This document shows positions 41,261-52,927 of a stretch of DNA of 64,000 bases, in pieces. Made by a program: the position numbers and the translations under genes. Source of the DNA: an uncultured bacterium (GTDB lineage: Bacteria > Oederibacteriota > PGYV01 > CAWJRG01). Where the stretch lies: the NCBI GenBank assembly GCA_963845185.1, contig CAWJRG010000001.1, positions 1 through 64,000 of the forward strand. Direction: 5' to 3'. Below the pieces are notes generated by a model. The model saw nothing but the letters and a program-made list of their open reading frames with translations, searched no databases and was not told the origin of the DNA. Positions within the stretch are counted from its first letter, which is position 1; the number at the start of each line of letters is the position of its first letter.

Positions 41261-42232
41261 CTATTGCGCCCACCATACATCGTTTTTATAACTGCCGTCA
41301 AATCCTGCAATCACCCACATTTTGCCATTGAATAAAGCGCTTGTATGCCAGAATCTCGGGCTGAAAGCCGCGTTTCCAGTTGCCTCTGTCCAGTTTGCCC
41401 CGTCAGTTGAATACCATATATCATTATAATATGTATTGCTGCTGTCTATTCCGCCTATTACCCAAATCGCGTTATTATATGCCACGCTTGTATGCGCATG
41501 CCTCGGGCTGAAAGCCGCGTTTCCAGTTGCCTCTGTCCAGTTTTGCCCATCAGTTGAATGCCAAACATCATTTAACATTCCGTTGCTGCCGTTGCCTGCA
41601 ATTACCCATATTGCGTTGTTATATATAACGCTTGAATGGCTGTCCCTCGGGCTGAATGCCGCGTTTGTCGTTGCCTCTATCCAATCTATGCCGTCAATAG
41701 AATGCCAAACGTCATTTAACTCTCCGTTACTGCCGTTACCTGCAATTACCCACATCATATTATTATAAACCACGCTGCTGTGCCCGCCTCTTCCGCTGAA
41801 TCCGGCAGTACCTGTTGCCTGCGTCCATATTATCCCGTCGCTTGTATTCCACGCATCGTTGAAATAAATGCTGCTGTCCATATTAATACCGGCAATTACC
41901 CACATTGTGTTATTATATACCACGCTCGAATGGCTGTCCCTTGGGCTGAATTCCGCGTTTCCCGTTGCCTCTGCCCAGTCTATACCGTTGGATGAATACC
42001 ATGCGTCATTAAAATAATTACCGTTATTGACGCCTGCTATTACCCAAATGGAATTATTATATACAACGCTTGCATGGACATACCTCGCGCCGAAAGCAGC
42101 GTTTCCCGTTGCCTCTGTCCATTTGGGGCCAGTAACAATGCCGGGTGACGGCGAAACAGAATTGTTTTTCTTCTTCGAGCAGGCAAAAAATACTAAAACA
42201 AAAACACTCAAAAGGATTATTGCTTTTTTCAT
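41261..42232 (-). CDS. Kelch-like beta-propeller lipoprotein
   Basis: FFAC lipobox and six ~48-aa repeats WTEATGNAAFSPRxxHxSVVYNNxxWVIAG. Confidence 0.9.
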   Translation of the reverse strand: MKKAIILLSVFVLVFFACSKKKNNSVSPSPGIVTGPKWTEATGNAAFGARYVHASVVYNNSIWVIAGVNNGNYFNDAWYSSNGIDWAEATGNAEFSPRDSHSSVVYNNTMWVIAGINMDSSIYFNDAWNTSDGIIWTQATGTAGFSGRGGHSSVVYNNMMWVIAGNGSNGELNDVWHSIDGIDWIEATTNAAFSPRDSHSSVIYNNAIWVIAGNGSNGMLNDVWHSTDGQNWTEATGNAAFSPRHAHTSVAYNNAIWVIGGIDSSNTYYNDIWYSTDGANWTEATGNAAFSPRFWHTSALFNGKMWVIAGFDGSYKNDVWWAQ

Positions 42233-42273
42233 TTATTGTCACTCCCTGTATTTCGTTTAAATATCCCGGTTAC

Positions 42274-45200
42274 TTACGGCACAGGAGTCTTTACCAATTT
42301 AGGCGTCCAGGTAAATGCCGCTGTATTTCCGCTCGGGTATATATTTACCGCGTCGCCCGGATATATGTCAAAATTCGTCCCGCCCCATGCGCTCATGCTC
42401 GGCCTGTAACCGTAAACTATAAAAGCCTGGTATATAGGATCCCACTTCAAAACCATGTCTATCTTGGTATTTGTTCCTGCTCCTGTTCCTCCTTCTATAT
42501 CAGCAACAATATCCGAGGCTTTTTTGTAAATACTGGTATATGGCAGGCTTCTTTTATTCGAATTTGGCAACGTACTATTGTAACTGAATATCAGGCCTAT
42601 GCTGTTATCCGTGCCTGCAGCTATCCAGTCAAAAGCTGATATGGCATACATATATATTGCGTTGGATGATGAAGTTCCCGCGTCAACAGCCCAGTTGGTA
42701 CCTATCCATTTTCCGAAACCCGCGCTGTATCCGTAAGAGATTGAAGCCTGGTAATGAGGATCCCATAAATGAAATTGGTTTATTTTGGTTGATGTTGTAA
42801 GGTTGCCTTCTATTTCCGTGACAAAATCAGAGGCATGTGTGTATTTGCTTTGGTAAGGAATTGCAAGCCTGTATATATTTGTTTTCCCGCTATTATAATT
42901 AAAATACATTATCACCTTTGACCCCATGGTCGATGGGGTTCCCTCGCTTGTACCGTTTACGCCTGTTACGAGATAAAAAGTATACTGGCTTCCGGACGTG
43001 TCGGTATATGTATACGATGACGATACTCCCGGTGTTGGCAACACGGTCGCTGTCACCTGCCACCCTGCCGGGAACGGGTTGAATTTACCGTAAGCGCCGG
43101 TTGCTACATAAATATTGAAGTAATCCGTCATTGCCGTGTTTCCCCACTGTAAAGTCGTGCTCGCGCCGTTTTGCGTGACCGACAACCCGTTGGGCGGCAT
43201 TGGCGTGCCAAGCGGAGTATTTGTAAATGTCGGAGTCACGGTCTGCGTGTTTGTGAGAGTCCATGTCGGCGTTGCCGTGGATGTGGACGTTATCGTAACA
43301 GTAGGTGTCCATGTGGACGTCGATGTAAATGTCGGCGTCGGTGCTATTACATTTACATTTGGGCTTTGCATTATGGGATATGGCGTGCCACCAAGCGGCG
43401 CAGATTGCACCAGGAACTGCGCTGTTCCGGTTCCCGGCTGAGAAGTCGCCCCCGGCCCTCCTCCAGACGTGTCTCCGTAAGTAATTGTTATTTTGCCCGT
43501 ATTGGCCGTAAGGCCCGCAACCCAAAGTGTTATTACCTGTCCGCTTGCCATTGTGAGTATGGAAGTTCCTCCTGTAACACTAACAGAAAAATATCCAGGA
43601 TCATTTATCGGCACTGCGCTGTATTTTGGCTGGCTCCATCCGTTTGGTATTGTCAGGCTTAACACTCCGTAAGGAGAAGACGTCCATGTTATTGACCCAG
43701 CAGTATAAATTATTTTCATTGTATTGCCCGGTACTCCCGCCGCTACCTGTATCGGCGATATGCTTGCCGTGCCATCACCTATTATCGGTGTGTTTGTAAC
43801 TGTTATTGTCGGCGTAGGTGCTATTACATTTACCTGCGGGCTGCTGCCTATTGGCTGGATGTTTGAACCATTTATGCTTGTTGAAATAAGGAATGTCTGC
43901 AAACCTGCGTTTGAGGACGCCGTCGCGTTAGAATATGTAACAGTTATAGTGCCTGTTGTACCTGGCAAACTGGATACATCAATAAATATAGTCTGACTTA
44001 AAGCTCCCTGCCCTATAACCGCAGTTGATGATGTGCCCGAATAAGTTACGCTGAAATACCCGGGCTGGCCTGGATTTGAATCCTGTGGCTGCGTCCAGCC
44101 GGCCGGTATTGATATTTCCAGCGTGCCGAAGCCCGGCGAACCGGCCCATGTATCATTGCCTGCGTAGTACGTTATCACCATGGTATTCCCGGTGGAACCG
44201 CCTGTCACCTGTATCGGCGATATTGTGGCACTCCCTTCGCCCTGCGGCGTCGGCGTAACTGTAGGTGAATTCGTGGAAGTAGAAGTTATAGTATAAGTCG
44301 GCGTATAAGTTATTGTGGTTGTATTGGTCGGTGTCCATGTTGGCGTGCCTGTAAATGTTGCTGTATCTGTTAATGTATTTGTAGTTGTATATGTCGGTGT
44401 CCATGTCGGTGTAAAGGTTGGTGTTCCAGTGTTTGTATTGGTCGGTGTCCATGTTGGGGTATCTGTCGGCGTGCTTGTAGGTGTATATGTCGGCGTCCAT
44501 GTTGGGGTTGAGGTTGGTGTATTTGTAATTGTACTCGTAGGTGTCCATGTCGGTGTAACTGTAATAGTTGATGTCGGCGTTGCTGTCGGTGTAATTGTAT
44601 ATGTCGGTGATATTGTCGATGTTTGTGTCTGTGCCATCATATTCACCTGTGGCGAATTCCCTATAGGCACAGGATTTACACCTGTCGGGTCGCTTGATAC
44701 TGCAAATACTACCATGCCTACATCACTTGCTATACCTGCTGTCGCCCCAGGCCCTCCTCCTGACTTAGCCCCATATGTCACTGTTATTGTCCCTGGCGTC
44801 GCTCCTCCCGGAAGGTTCCTTACCTGTATATCTATATTCTGGCCGTCTGCCAATGTTTGATATAACGTCCCTCCTGATACGCTTACCGTAAAATATCCCG
44901 GGTCTGTCCCTGTAAGGCTCGGCGCGCTCCAGTCTGCTGGTATTGTTATAATCAATTCCCCGTAACCAGGCGAGCCTGACCATGTTGTCGCTCCTGCTGT
45001 GTATGTTATCACCATTGTATTTCCTGTCGAACCAGCTGTCACCTGCGTCGGCGTTATTACTGCATTTCCCTGTCCTATTGGTGTAGCTGTAACTGTTTCA
45101 GTCCATGTTGGGGTCCATGTTGGCGTCGGTGTGGATGTAGATGTCGCTGTAGCTGCTATCATATTCACCTGCGGCGAATTCGCTATAGGCACAGGATTTA

Positions 45201-48200
45201 TACCTGTCGGGTCGCTTGATACTGTAAATACTACCATGCCTACATCACTTGCTATGCCTGCTGTCGCCCCAGGCCCTCCTCCTGACTTAGCCCCATATGT
45301 CACTGTTATTGTCCCTGGCGTCGCTCCTCCCGGAAGGTTCCTTACCTTTACCACTATATTCTGGCCATTAGCCACTGTTGAATATAACGTCCCTCCTGAT
45401 ACACTTACCGTGAAATATCCCGGGTCTGTCCCTGTAAAGCTCGGCGCGCTCCAGTCTGCTGGTATTGTTATAATCAATTCCCCGTAACCAGGCGAGCCTG
45501 ACCATGTTGTCGCTCCTGCTGTGTATGTTATCACCATTGTATTCCCTGTCGAACCAGATGTCACCTGCGTAGGTGTTATTATTGCATTTCCTTCGCCAAA
45601 AGGCGTATTTGTTACTGTCGGTGTCACTGTATATGTTGGCGTCCATGTTGGTGTCGAGGTTGATGTTGGACTCCACGTAGGTGTATCTGTAGGAGTATTT
45701 GTTGGTGTCCATGTCGGTGTGAATGTCGACGAAATTGTACCTGTCTGTGTATCTGTCGGCGTATTTGTTGGCGTCGTTGTTGGGCTGTCTGTTGGTGTAC
45801 TTGTTGGTGTACTTGTCGGCGTATCTGTCGGTGTACCTGTCGGTGTACCTGTCGGCGTCCATGTCGGTGTCCATGTCGGCGATTCTGTTGGTGTACCTGT
45901 TGGAGAATCCGTTGATGTATCTGTCGGTGTATTTGTTGGTGTCCATGTCGGTGTATTTGTTGGTGTCCATGTCGGTGTATTTGTAGCCGTTGTTGTCGGT
46001 GTCCATGTTGGTGTCGAGGTTGGAGTATTAGTTGGTGTCCATGTAGGCGTATATGTAGCCGTTGTTGTTGGGGTCCACGTCAGTGTCCATGTCGGTGTTA
46101 TCGTCGAAGTCTGTGTCTGTGCCATCATATTCACCTGTGGCGAATTCCCTATTGGCACAGGATTTACACCTGTCGGGTCGCTTGATACTGCAAATACTAC
46201 CATGCCTACATCACTTGCTATGCCTGCTGTCGCCCCAGGCCCTCCTCCTGACTTAGCCCCATATGTCACTGTTATTGTCCCTGGCGTCGCTCCTCCCGGA
46301 AGGTTCCTTACCTGTATATCTATATTTTGGCCGTCTGCCAATGTTTGATATAACGTCCCTCCTGATATGCTTACCGTAAAATATCCAGAGTCTGTCCCTG
46401 TAAGGCTCGGCGCACTCCAGTCTGCTGGTATTGTTATAATCAATTCCCCGTAACCAGGCGAGCCTGACCATGTTGTCGCTCCTGCTGTGTATGTTATCAC
46501 CATTGTATTCCCTGTCGAACCAGCTGTCACCTGCGTCGGCGTTATTACTGCATTTCCCTGTCCTGCAGGCGTAGCTGTCGCTGTTTCAGTCCATGTCGGG
46601 GTCCATGTCGACGTCGGTGTGGATGTAGATGTCGCTGTAGCTGCTATCATATTCACCTGTGGCGAATTCGCTATAGGCACAGGATTTATACCTGTCGGGT
46701 CGCTTGATACTGTAAATACTACCATGCCTACATCACTTGCTATACCTGCTGTCGCCCCAGGCCCTCCTCCTGACTTAGCCCCATATGTCACTGTTATTGT
46801 CCCTGGCGTCGCTCCTCCCGGAAGGTTCCTTACCTTTACCACTATATTCTGGCCATTAGCCACTGTTGAATATAACGTCCCTCCTGATACGCTTACCGTA
46901 AAATATCCAGGGTCTGTCCCTGTAAGGCTCGGCGCGCTCCAGTCTGCTGGTATTGTAATAATCAATTGCCCGTAACCAGGCGAACCTGACCATGTTGTTG
47001 CTCCTGCTGTGTATGTTATCACCATTGTATTCCCTGTCGAACCAGCTGTCACCTGCGTCGGTGTTATTATTGCATTTCCTTCGCCCAAAGGCGTATTTGT
47101 TACTGTCGGTGTCACTGTATATGTCGGCGTCCACGTCGGTGTGTTTGTTGTGGTCCATGTCGGTGTACTTGTTTGTGTCCACGTCGGTGTAAATGTTGGC
47201 GAAACTGTGTCTGTTGGTGAACTCGTCGGTGTATTTGTTGGAGTGCTGGTTGGAGTTCCAGTTGGAGTATTTGTAGGCGTCCATGTTGGTGTATTTGTTG
47301 GTGTCCCAGTTGGAGTATTTGTTGGTGTATTTGTTGGTGTCCCAGTTGGAGTATTTGTAGGTGTGCTAGTTGGTGTATCTGTTGGCGTTGATGTCGGAGT
47401 ATTTGTTAGCGTATATGTCGATGTATCCGTCGGTGAAGATGTTGGCGTATTTGTAAATGTATAAGTAGGAGTATAAGTTGGCGTATTTGTTGGTGTTGAT
47501 GTAGGTGTACTCGTTGGCGAATCCGTTGGTGTTGATGTAGGTGTCCATGTTGGCGTGCTTGTTGACGAATCCGTTAGCGTAGAGGTAGGTGAATCTGTAG
47601 GTGTCCATGTAGGTGTGTCTGTTGGCGAATCCGTTGGTGTAGATGTTGGTGTATTAGTTGGTGTTCCAGTTGGTGTATCTGTTGGCGTATAGGTTGGCGT
47701 CCATGTATATGTAGGTGTATCTGTTGGGGTCGATGTAGGTGTATCTGTTGGGGTATCAGTTGGTGTATCTGTTGGGGTATTCGTAGGTGTTTCCGTTGGT
47801 GTCCATGTCGGTGTGTTTGTTGGTGTATTAGTCGGCGTATTGGTCGGTGTATCTGTCGGTGTATTCGTAGGCGTATCTGTTGGGGTATCAGTAGGAGTAT
47901 CTGTCGGGGTATTTGTCGGCGTATCCGTTGGTGTTTCTGTAGGCGTATCCGTTGATGTCGATGTTGGTGTATCCGTTGGTGTCCAGGTATATGTTGATGT
48001 ATTCGTCAGCGTATCTGTTGGGGTATTCGTAGGTGTTCCCGTTGGTGTCCATGTCGGAGTGTCCGTCGGTGTATTAGTCGGCGTATTGGTCGGTGTATCT
48101 GTTGGGGTATCAGTAGGAGTATCTGTTGGCGTATTCGTAGGCGTATCCGTTGGTGTCCAGGTATATGTTGATGTATTCGTCGGCGTATCTGTCGGTGTGT

Positions 48201-51045
48201 CAGTAGGAGTATCTGTTGGGGTATTCGTAGGTGTTTCCGTTGGTGTCCATGTCGGAGTGTCCGTCGGTGTATTAGTTGGCGTATTGGTCGGTGTATCTGT
48301 CGGTGTGTCCGTTGGTGTTTCTGTAGACGTATCCGTTGGCGTCCAAGTCGGTGTATCTGTCGGTGTTGATGTAGGAGTATCTGTCGGGGTATTCGTAGGT
48401 GTTCCCGTTGGTGTCCATGTCGGAGTGTCCGTTGGTGTATTAGTCGGCGTATTGGTCGGTGTATCTGTTGGGGTATCAGTAGGAGTATCTGTCGGGGTAT
48501 TTGTCGGCGTATCCGTTGGTGTTTCTGTAGGCGTATCCGTTGGTGTCCAGGTTGGTGTATCCGTTGGTGTCCAGGTATATGTTGATGTATTCGTCAGCGT
48601 ATCTGTTGGTGTCCATGTTGGCGTGCTAGTTGGAGTATCCATCGGGGTATTTGTTGGTGTCCATGTTGGCGTGCTAGTTGGAGTATCCGTCGGGGTATTT
48701 GTTGGTGTATCTGTCGGTGTGTCAGTAGGAGTATCTGTTGGCGTATTCGTAGGCGTATCCGTTGGTGTCCAGGTTGGTGTATCCGTTGGTGTCCAGGTAT
48801 ATGTTGATGTATTCGTCGGCGTATCTGTCGGTGTGTCAGTAGGAGTATCTGTTGGGGTATTCGTAGGTGTTTCCGTTGGTGTCCATGTCGGAGTGTCCGT
48901 CGGTGTATTAGTTGGCGTATTGGTCGGTGTATCTGTCGGTGTGTCCGTTGGTGTTTCTGTAGGCGTATCCGTTGGTGTATCCGTTGGCGTCCAAGTCGGT
49001 GTATCTGTCGGTGTTGATGTAGGAGTATCTGTCGGGGTATTCGTAGGTGTTCCCGTTGGTGTCCATGTCGGAGTGTCCGTTGGTGTATTAGTCGGCGTAT
49101 TGGTCGGTGTATCTGTTGGTGTATCAGTAGGAGTATCTGTCGGCGTATTCGTAGGCGTATCCGTTGGTGTCCAGGTTGGTGTATCCGTTGGTGTCCAGGT
49201 ATATGTTGATGTATTCGTCGGCGTATCTGTCGGTGTGTCAGTAGGAGTATCTGTTGGGGTATTCGTAGGTGTTTCCGTTGGTGTCCATGTCGGAGTGTCC
49301 GTCGGTGTATTAGTCGGTGTATTAGTCGGCGTATTGGTCGGTGTATCTGTTGGGGTATCAGTAGGAGTATCTGTCGGCGTATTCGTAGGCGTATCCGTTG
49401 GTGTCCAGGTTGGTGTATCCGTTGGTGTCCAGGTATATGTTGATGTATTCGTCGGCGTATCTGTCGGTGTGTCAGTAGGAGTATCTGTTGGGGTATTCGT
49501 AGGTGTTTCCGTTGGTGTCCATGTCGGAGTGTCCGTCGGTGTATTAGTTGGCGTATTGGTCGGTGTATCTGTCGGTGTGTCCGTTGGTGTTTCTGTAGGC
49601 GTATCCGTTGGCGTCCAAGTCGGTGTATCTGTCGGTGTTGATGTAGATGTATCTGTCGGGGTATCAGTAGGAGTATCTGTTGGCGTATTCGTAGGCGTGT
49701 CCGTTGGTGTCCAGGTATATGTTGATGTATTCGTCGGCGTATCTGTCGGTGTGTCCGTTGGTGTCCATGTTGGCGTGTCTGTCGGTGTGTCAGTCAGTGT
49801 CCCTGTCGGAGTGTCCGTCGGTGTGTCTGTAGGCGTATCCGTCGGCGTACTCGTCGGTGTGTCCGTTGGTGTCCATGTTGGCGTGTCTGTCGGTGTGTCA
49901 GTCAGTGTCCCTGTCGGAGTGTCCGTTGGTGAATCTGTCGCCGTGTCTGTTGGCGTATCCGTCGGTGTGTCAGTCGATGTCCATGTAGGTGTATTTGTCG
50001 GCGTCCAAGTCGGCGATGGCGCTATTACCGTAACCTGTGGCTGATTACTTATAGGTGCAGTAGTATCTCCTGATGTTGTGCTCTCTACTGTAAAAGTTAT
50101 TGTACCTTCACTGCTTTGCGCTTGTGCCGCCCCCGATGGTGAATCTGATTGATCCCCATAATTTACTATTATTTGCCCGGTTGCAGGAAGGGAATAAACC
50201 TGAATAATTATATCCTGTGAGCTTATATTGATACTTTTAAGAGTTCCGGAAAGTATATTAACTGTCACATATCCTGCCGCACTTGAATCACCTGCTTGTG
50301 GCGTTGTCCAGTTTGTTGGAATTGATATTTTTAAGGTTCCATATGAAGGAGAATCATCCCATGCTGTATTTCCATTAGTGTATGTTATTACCATTGTATT
50401 ATTGCTTCCGGCGATAACTACAGTCGGGCTTATTATCGCTGAGCCTGGGCCTATCAATGGTGTGTTTGTTGGTGTGAATGTTGGCGTAAAAGTCGGTGTT
50501 GGATCGTTTACACTTATGCTTGGTGGAACCAATATTGGTAATGGATTACTGCCATCAGGGGCGGTGTAAATATTGAATACAGCAGTTCCCGTACTGTTTT
50601 GAGCAGTAGCGCCCGAGCCACCTCTTGATGTATCCCCATAAGTGACAGTTATTGTATCTCCACTTGTCAAAGTACTATCATTAATACTTACAGTTATATT
50701 CTGCCCTGCTACTGCAATGCTTGGGCTTCCATGTCCACTTGTTGAAGTTACAGTAACAAAACCAGGGTCACTGTCTGCTAAACTCGGCGCACTCCAACCC
50801 CCAGATGGTACTGCTATTTCCAAAATGCCGCCACTTACCCAACTATTTGAAACTACATTATATGTAATTGTTACTGTATTTCCTATGCTTGAAGTTAAAA
50901 TATTGGTTGGAGAAATTGAGGCATTACCTTCGCCTGAGGCGGCAATAATAAATATGGCTGCTACTAAAATTGCAACCGCTAAGAATAATATTATCTTCCA
51001 ATCAGCTCTTAATCTTTTTTTTACAAAAAGATTTTTAGCTATCAT
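42274..51045 (-). CDS. Giant (2923 aa) exported surface protein: eight ~145-aa beta-sandwich-like modules, Thr/Pro stalks, Fn3-like domain and duplicated C-terminal domain
   Basis: Signal peptide; repeated GxGxAxIxPxxVxAGxxxNTMxITY...IPxxWSxP...ITVTYG modules; roughly 970-aa TPT(D/N/W) stalk. Confidence 0.9.
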   Translation of the reverse strand: MIAKNLFVKKRLRADWKIILFLAVAILVAAIFIIAASGEGNASISPTNILTSSIGNTVTITYNVVSNSWVSGGILEIAVPSGGWSAPSLADSDPGFVTVTSTSGHGSPSIAVAGQNITVSINDSTLTSGDTITVTYGDTSRGGSGATAQNSTGTAVFNIYTAPDGSNPLPILVPPSISVNDPTPTFTPTFTPTNTPLIGPGSAIISPTVVIAGSNNTMVITYTNGNTAWDDSPSYGTLKISIPTNWTTPQAGDSSAAGYVTVNILSGTLKSINISSQDIIIQVYSLPATGQIIVNYGDQSDSPSGAAQAQSSEGTITFTVESTTSGDTTAPISNQPQVTVIAPSPTWTPTNTPTWTSTDTPTDTPTDTATDSPTDTPTGTLTDTPTDTPTWTPTDTPTSTPTDTPTDTPTDTPTGTLTDTPTDTPTWTPTDTPTDTPTNTSTYTWTPTDTPTNTPTDTPTDTPTDTSTSTPTDTPTWTPTDTPTETPTDTPTDTPTNTPTNTPTDTPTWTPTETPTNTPTDTPTDTPTDTPTNTSTYTWTPTDTPTWTPTDTPTNTPTDTPTDTPTDTPTNTPTNTPTNTPTDTPTWTPTETPTNTPTDTPTDTPTDTPTNTSTYTWTPTDTPTWTPTDTPTNTPTDTPTDTPTDTPTNTPTNTPTDTPTWTPTGTPTNTPTDTPTSTPTDTPTWTPTDTPTDTPTETPTDTPTDTPTNTPTNTPTDTPTWTPTETPTNTPTDTPTDTPTDTPTNTSTYTWTPTDTPTWTPTDTPTNTPTDTPTDTPTDTPTNTPTDTPTSTPTWTPTNTPMDTPTSTPTWTPTDTLTNTSTYTWTPTDTPTWTPTDTPTETPTDTPTNTPTDTPTDTPTDTPTNTPTNTPTDTPTWTPTGTPTNTPTDTPTSTPTDTPTWTPTDTSTETPTDTPTDTPTNTPTNTPTDTPTWTPTETPTNTPTDTPTDTPTDTPTNTSTYTWTPTDTPTNTPTDTPTDTPTDTPTNTPTNTPTDTPTWTPTGTPTNTPTDTLTNTSTYTWTPTDTPTSTSTDTPTETPTDTPTNTPTDTPTDTPTDTPTNTPTDTPTNTPTNTPTNTPTWTPTETPTNTPTDTPTDTPTDTPTSTPTDTPTYTWTPTYTPTDTPTGTPTNTPTSTPTDSPTDTPTWTPTDSPTSTLTDSSTSTPTWTPTSTPTDSPTSTPTSTPTNTPTYTPTYTFTNTPTSSPTDTSTYTLTNTPTSTPTDTPTSTPTNTPTGTPTNTPTNTPTGTPTNTPTWTPTNTPTGTPTSTPTNTPTSSPTDTVSPTFTPTWTQTSTPTWTTTNTPTWTPTYTVTPTVTNTPLGEGNAIITPTQVTAGSTGNTMVITYTAGATTWSGSPGYGQLIITIPADWSAPSLTGTDPGYFTVSVSGGTLYSTVANGQNIVVKVRNLPGGATPGTITVTYGAKSGGGPGATAGIASDVGMVVFTVSSDPTGINPVPIANSPQVNMIAATATSTSTPTSTWTPTWTETATATPAGQGNAVITPTQVTAGSTGNTMVITYTAGATTWSGSPGYGELIITIPADWSAPSLTGTDSGYFTVSISGGTLYQTLADGQNIDIQVRNLPGGATPGTITVTYGAKSGGGPGATAGIASDVGMVVFAVSSDPTGVNPVPIGNSPQVNMMAQTQTSTITPTWTLTWTPTTTATYTPTWTPTNTPTSTPTWTPTTTATNTPTWTPTNTPTWTPTNTPTDTSTDSPTGTPTESPTWTPTWTPTGTPTGTPTDTPTSTPTSTPTDSPTTTPTNTPTDTQTGTISSTFTPTWTPTNTPTDTPTWSPTSTSTPTWTPTYTVTPTVTNTPFGEGNAIITPTQVTSGSTGNTMVITYTAGATTWSGSPGYGELIITIPADWSAPSFTGTDPGYFTVSVSGGTLYSTVANGQNIVVKVRNLPGGATPGTITVTYGAKSGGGPGATAGIASDVGMVVFTVSSDPTGINPVPIANSPQVNMIAATATSTSTPTPTWTPTWTETVTATPIGQGNAVITPTQVTAGSTGNTMVITYTAGATTWSGSPGYGELIITIPADWSAPSLTGTDPGYFTVSVSGGTLYQTLADGQNIDIQVRNLPGGATPGTITVTYGAKSGGGPGATAGIASDVGMVVFAVSSDPTGVNPVPIGNSPQVNMMAQTQTSTISPTYTITPTATPTSTITVTPTWTPTSTITNTPTSTPTWTPTYTPTSTPTDTPTWTPTNTNTGTPTFTPTWTPTYTTTNTLTDTATFTGTPTWTPTNTTTITYTPTYTITSTSTNSPTVTPTPQGEGSATISPIQVTGGSTGNTMVITYYAGNDTWAGSPGFGTLEISIPAGWTQPQDSNPGQPGYFSVTYSGTSSTAVIGQGALSQTIFIDVSSLPGTTGTITVTYSNATASSNAGLQTFLISTSINGSNIQPIGSSPQVNVIAPTPTITVTNTPIIGDGTASISPIQVAAGVPGNTMKIIYTAGSITWTSSPYGVLSLTIPNGWSQPKYSAVPINDPGYFSVSVTGGTSILTMASGQVITLWVAGLTANTGKITITYGDTSGGGPGATSQPGTGTAQFLVQSAPLGGTPYPIMQSPNVNVIAPTPTFTSTSTWTPTVTITSTSTATPTWTLTNTQTVTPTFTNTPLGTPMPPNGLSVTQNGASTTLQWGNTAMTDYFNIYVATGAYGKFNPFPAGWQVTATVLPTPGVSSSYTYTDTSGSQYTFYLVTGVNGTSEGTPSTMGSKVIMYFNYNSGKTNIYRLAIPYQSKYTHASDFVTEIEGNLTTSTKINQFHLWDPHYQASISYGYSAGFGKWIGTNWAVDAGTSSSNAIYMYAISAFDWIAAGTDNSIGLIFSYNSTLPNSNKRSLPYTSIYKKASDIVADIEGGTGAGTNTKIDMVLKWDPIYQAFIVYGYRPSMSAWGGTNFDIYPGDAVNIYPSGNTAAFTWTPKLVKTPVP
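44590..47140. repeat. Near-identical intragenic duplication of a two-module block (1488-bp offset; 522-bp module spacing)
   Basis: For example accatgttgt(c/t)gctcctgctgtgtatgttatc at 45501 and 46989; four almost identical modules in the protein. Ends are approximate. Confidence 0.9.
47100..50020. repeat. 12-bp-unit tandem repeat encoding the TPT(D/N/W/E/S) stalk, with higher-order duplications
   Basis: Recurrent units such as gtatctgttggg / gtattcgtaggc / gtgtccatgtcg. Confidence 0.92.
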
Positions 51046-51230
51046 TTTATTTCCTTCTTCATCCTATTAAGCTCTTTTGCAGCTCTTTTGTAGCTTTTTT
51101 TGTAAATTTTATATTTAAAAATAAAATACTAACTCTTATTTAAAAGACCAAATTCAATCTTGCTTCATATATACAATTCTTTCTTTGTCTCTTATAATCT
51201 ATTCTAATTAAATATAGTCCTGTTGTTTTA

Positions 51231-51259
51231 ATTATACTCAAATAAAGCTATTTTGTCAA
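51231..51259 (-). promoter_or_regulatory. Perfect sigma70 consensus promoter for the giant surface-protein gene
   Basis: TTGACA (51259-51254) - 17 bp - TATAAT (51236-51231). Confidence 0.85.
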
Positions 51260-51327
51260 ATATTAAAAATTATATGCCTTATTTAATGCATTAATTGCAA
51301 CATCAATATTAATACAATAAAATAAGC

Positions 51328-51356
51328 TTGTTTTTTCCCTATTATTTATATATAAT
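51328..51356 (+). promoter_or_regulatory. Probable divergent promoter for the DUF502-PilZ operon
   Basis: TTGTTT-17 bp-TATAAT. Confidence 0.5.
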
Positions 51357-51431
51357 TCATATCAAATGGCGCAACTACATGGCGCCATAAGTCAACATAA
51401 TATTGCATGTAAAATCAAAGGAGATTGATAT

Positions 51432-52088
51432 ATGAAACCAAAATTAACTCAGCGTATTAGTGCCGGTATTCGAGCACAGTTCTTTGCCGGTCTGCTGGTA
51501 CTCTTACCTTTAACCATGACCGCAATTATTATTATTTTTCTTTTCGAAAAGCTTGATTCGATTCTGGGGACTTACCTGCACACATACCTCGGTAAACATT
51601 ATGTGCACGGCCTGGGTTTGGTAATACTTGTCTTATTAATATGGCTCGTGGGCGTATTGACGACCAATTATTTTGGCAGCAGGATTGTCAGGGCTTATGA
51701 ATTTGTCATCCGAAAAACTCCGATTCTAAGCAATATTTTTACCGGTCTGAAGCAGATAAGCGACAGCCTTTTTTCTACAGGCAACACTTCATTCAAGCAG
51801 GTTGTGCTTGTCCATTCACCGCTTTATAATGTTTACTCCATTGGTTTTCTTACCTCCGCTGAATTAAGCAAATTAAAAATGAAAAAAAGGTCTTTTGACA
51901 TGCTTAATGTTTTCATCCCCTTTTCCCCTCCTACTTCCGGTTTTATGACGCTTTCTCATGTTAAAGACATCATCCCGCTTACTATGAGCGTGGAAGACGG
52001 CTTAAAATTAATAGTCTCAATAGGCGTAATACATCCAAAAGAATACGTGATGAAAAACCTTTTAGCACCCGGAAAAAAAAGGAAATAA
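51432..52088 (+). CDS. DUF502 membrane protein
   Basis: FFAGLLVLLPL, FKQVVLV, VFIPFSPPTSGF and MSVEDGLKLIVSIG. Confidence 0.88.
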   Translation: MKPKLTQRISAGIRAQFFAGLLVLLPLTMTAIIIIFLFEKLDSILGTYLHTYLGKHYVHGLGLVILVLLIWLVGVLTTNYFGSRIVRAYEFVIRKTPILSNIFTGLKQISDSLFSTGNTSFKQVVLVHSPLYNVYSIGFLTSAELSKLKMKKRSFDMLNVFIPFSPPTSGFMTLSHVKDIIPLTMSVEDGLKLIVSIGVIHPKEYVMKNLLAPGKKRK

Positions 52089-52091
52089 TTT

Positions 52092-52529
52092 ATGGAAACG
52101 CAGAAAGGCTGGCTCGAACGCAGGCAGTTCGAAAGGGTCCGCGATGTTCTGAAGGTTTTTCTTTATCCCATCAAGCAAACGGCAGCAGAGGTCCTCAATT
52201 CCGACGATTATAAAGATACAACTCCGGAAAAACTCCTCAAGGATAAGTCGAAAAACCCTTATATACAGTCAATGACCGAGGATGTGAGCCAGGGCGGTAT
52301 GTCGATATTGACCGAAATACAGTTAAATGCCGGACAGCTGGTCATAATAGACCTGTATTTACCCAAGATATTGAAACCAATAAAACTGCTTGCCGAAGTC
52401 AGGCACGTGGAAAACATAAAGGGGTCGACATCAAACCGGGCAGGTGTGAAAATACTTTCCGTAAATAAAACCGACTTAAAAAGAATTGAAAATTATATTT
52501 TTATGTTAAAAATGCAAAAAGGAGGATGA
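52092..52529 (+). CDS. Stand-alone PilZ-domain protein
   Basis: ERRQFER (RxxxR) and DVSQGG (DxSxxG) c-di-GMP motifs. Confidence 0.88.
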   Translation: METQKGWLERRQFERVRDVLKVFLYPIKQTAAEVLNSDDYKDTTPEKLLKDKSKNPYIQSMTEDVSQGGMSILTEIQLNAGQLVIIDLYLPKILKPIKLLAEVRHVENIKGSTSNRAGVKILSVNKTDLKRIENYIFMLKMQKGG

Positions 52530-52843
52530 ATTTTATGAACCGCTACAAACCATTATCCGGCAACCTTTATTTCGACACTGTTGAACGGGTTATTGTAAAA
52601 AATCTGGGGAACCGTTTTGTCTTTATCAGGCATGACAGAAGGTCCGGCAAACCCGGTGCAAACGAACAGCGCAGGCTGGAGGACGTAGATTTAAAGACCT
52701 GCATTTACCTCGGGAATAATTTGTATTTTGACAAAAAAGAAAAAGCGCTTTATAAAAAAATGTCTTCGGGTTTTGTTTTATACTCTTCCGACCGCAGAAA
52801 GCAAAGGAAACCAGTGCCGCACGAAAGAAGAAAAACCAGCTAA
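52526..52843 (+). CDS. Small two-repeat protein with DRR/ERR motifs
   Basis: ATGA overlap with the PilZ gene, AGGAGG SD, and an internal repeat NLYFD...DRR (two copies). Confidence 0.8.
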   Translation: MNFMNRYKPLSGNLYFDTVERVIVKNLGNRFVFIRHDRRSGKPGANEQRRLEDVDLKTCIYLGNNLYFDKKEKALYKKMSSGFVLYSSDRRKQRKPVPHERRKTS

Positions 52844-52927
52844 TTTATATATAACTTTCTTTGTATTGCCGCGTTTTATGTTATTGTTTTTTAGCATTAA
52901 TAAATTTTTGTTTCCCATAAGTGCTGT

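Noticed and set aside
47100..50020. Possible CRISPR array
   Set aside because: The repeats are 12-bp coding units without unique spacers, lie inside an ORF, and no cas genes are present.
47813..50044. 743-aa + strand ORF (VGVS repeats) and similar Val/Gly ORFs at 44315-47464 and 59368-62028
   Set aside because: These are antisense shadows of Thr/Pro codon repeats, which lack stops on the opposite strand; there is no independent coding signal.
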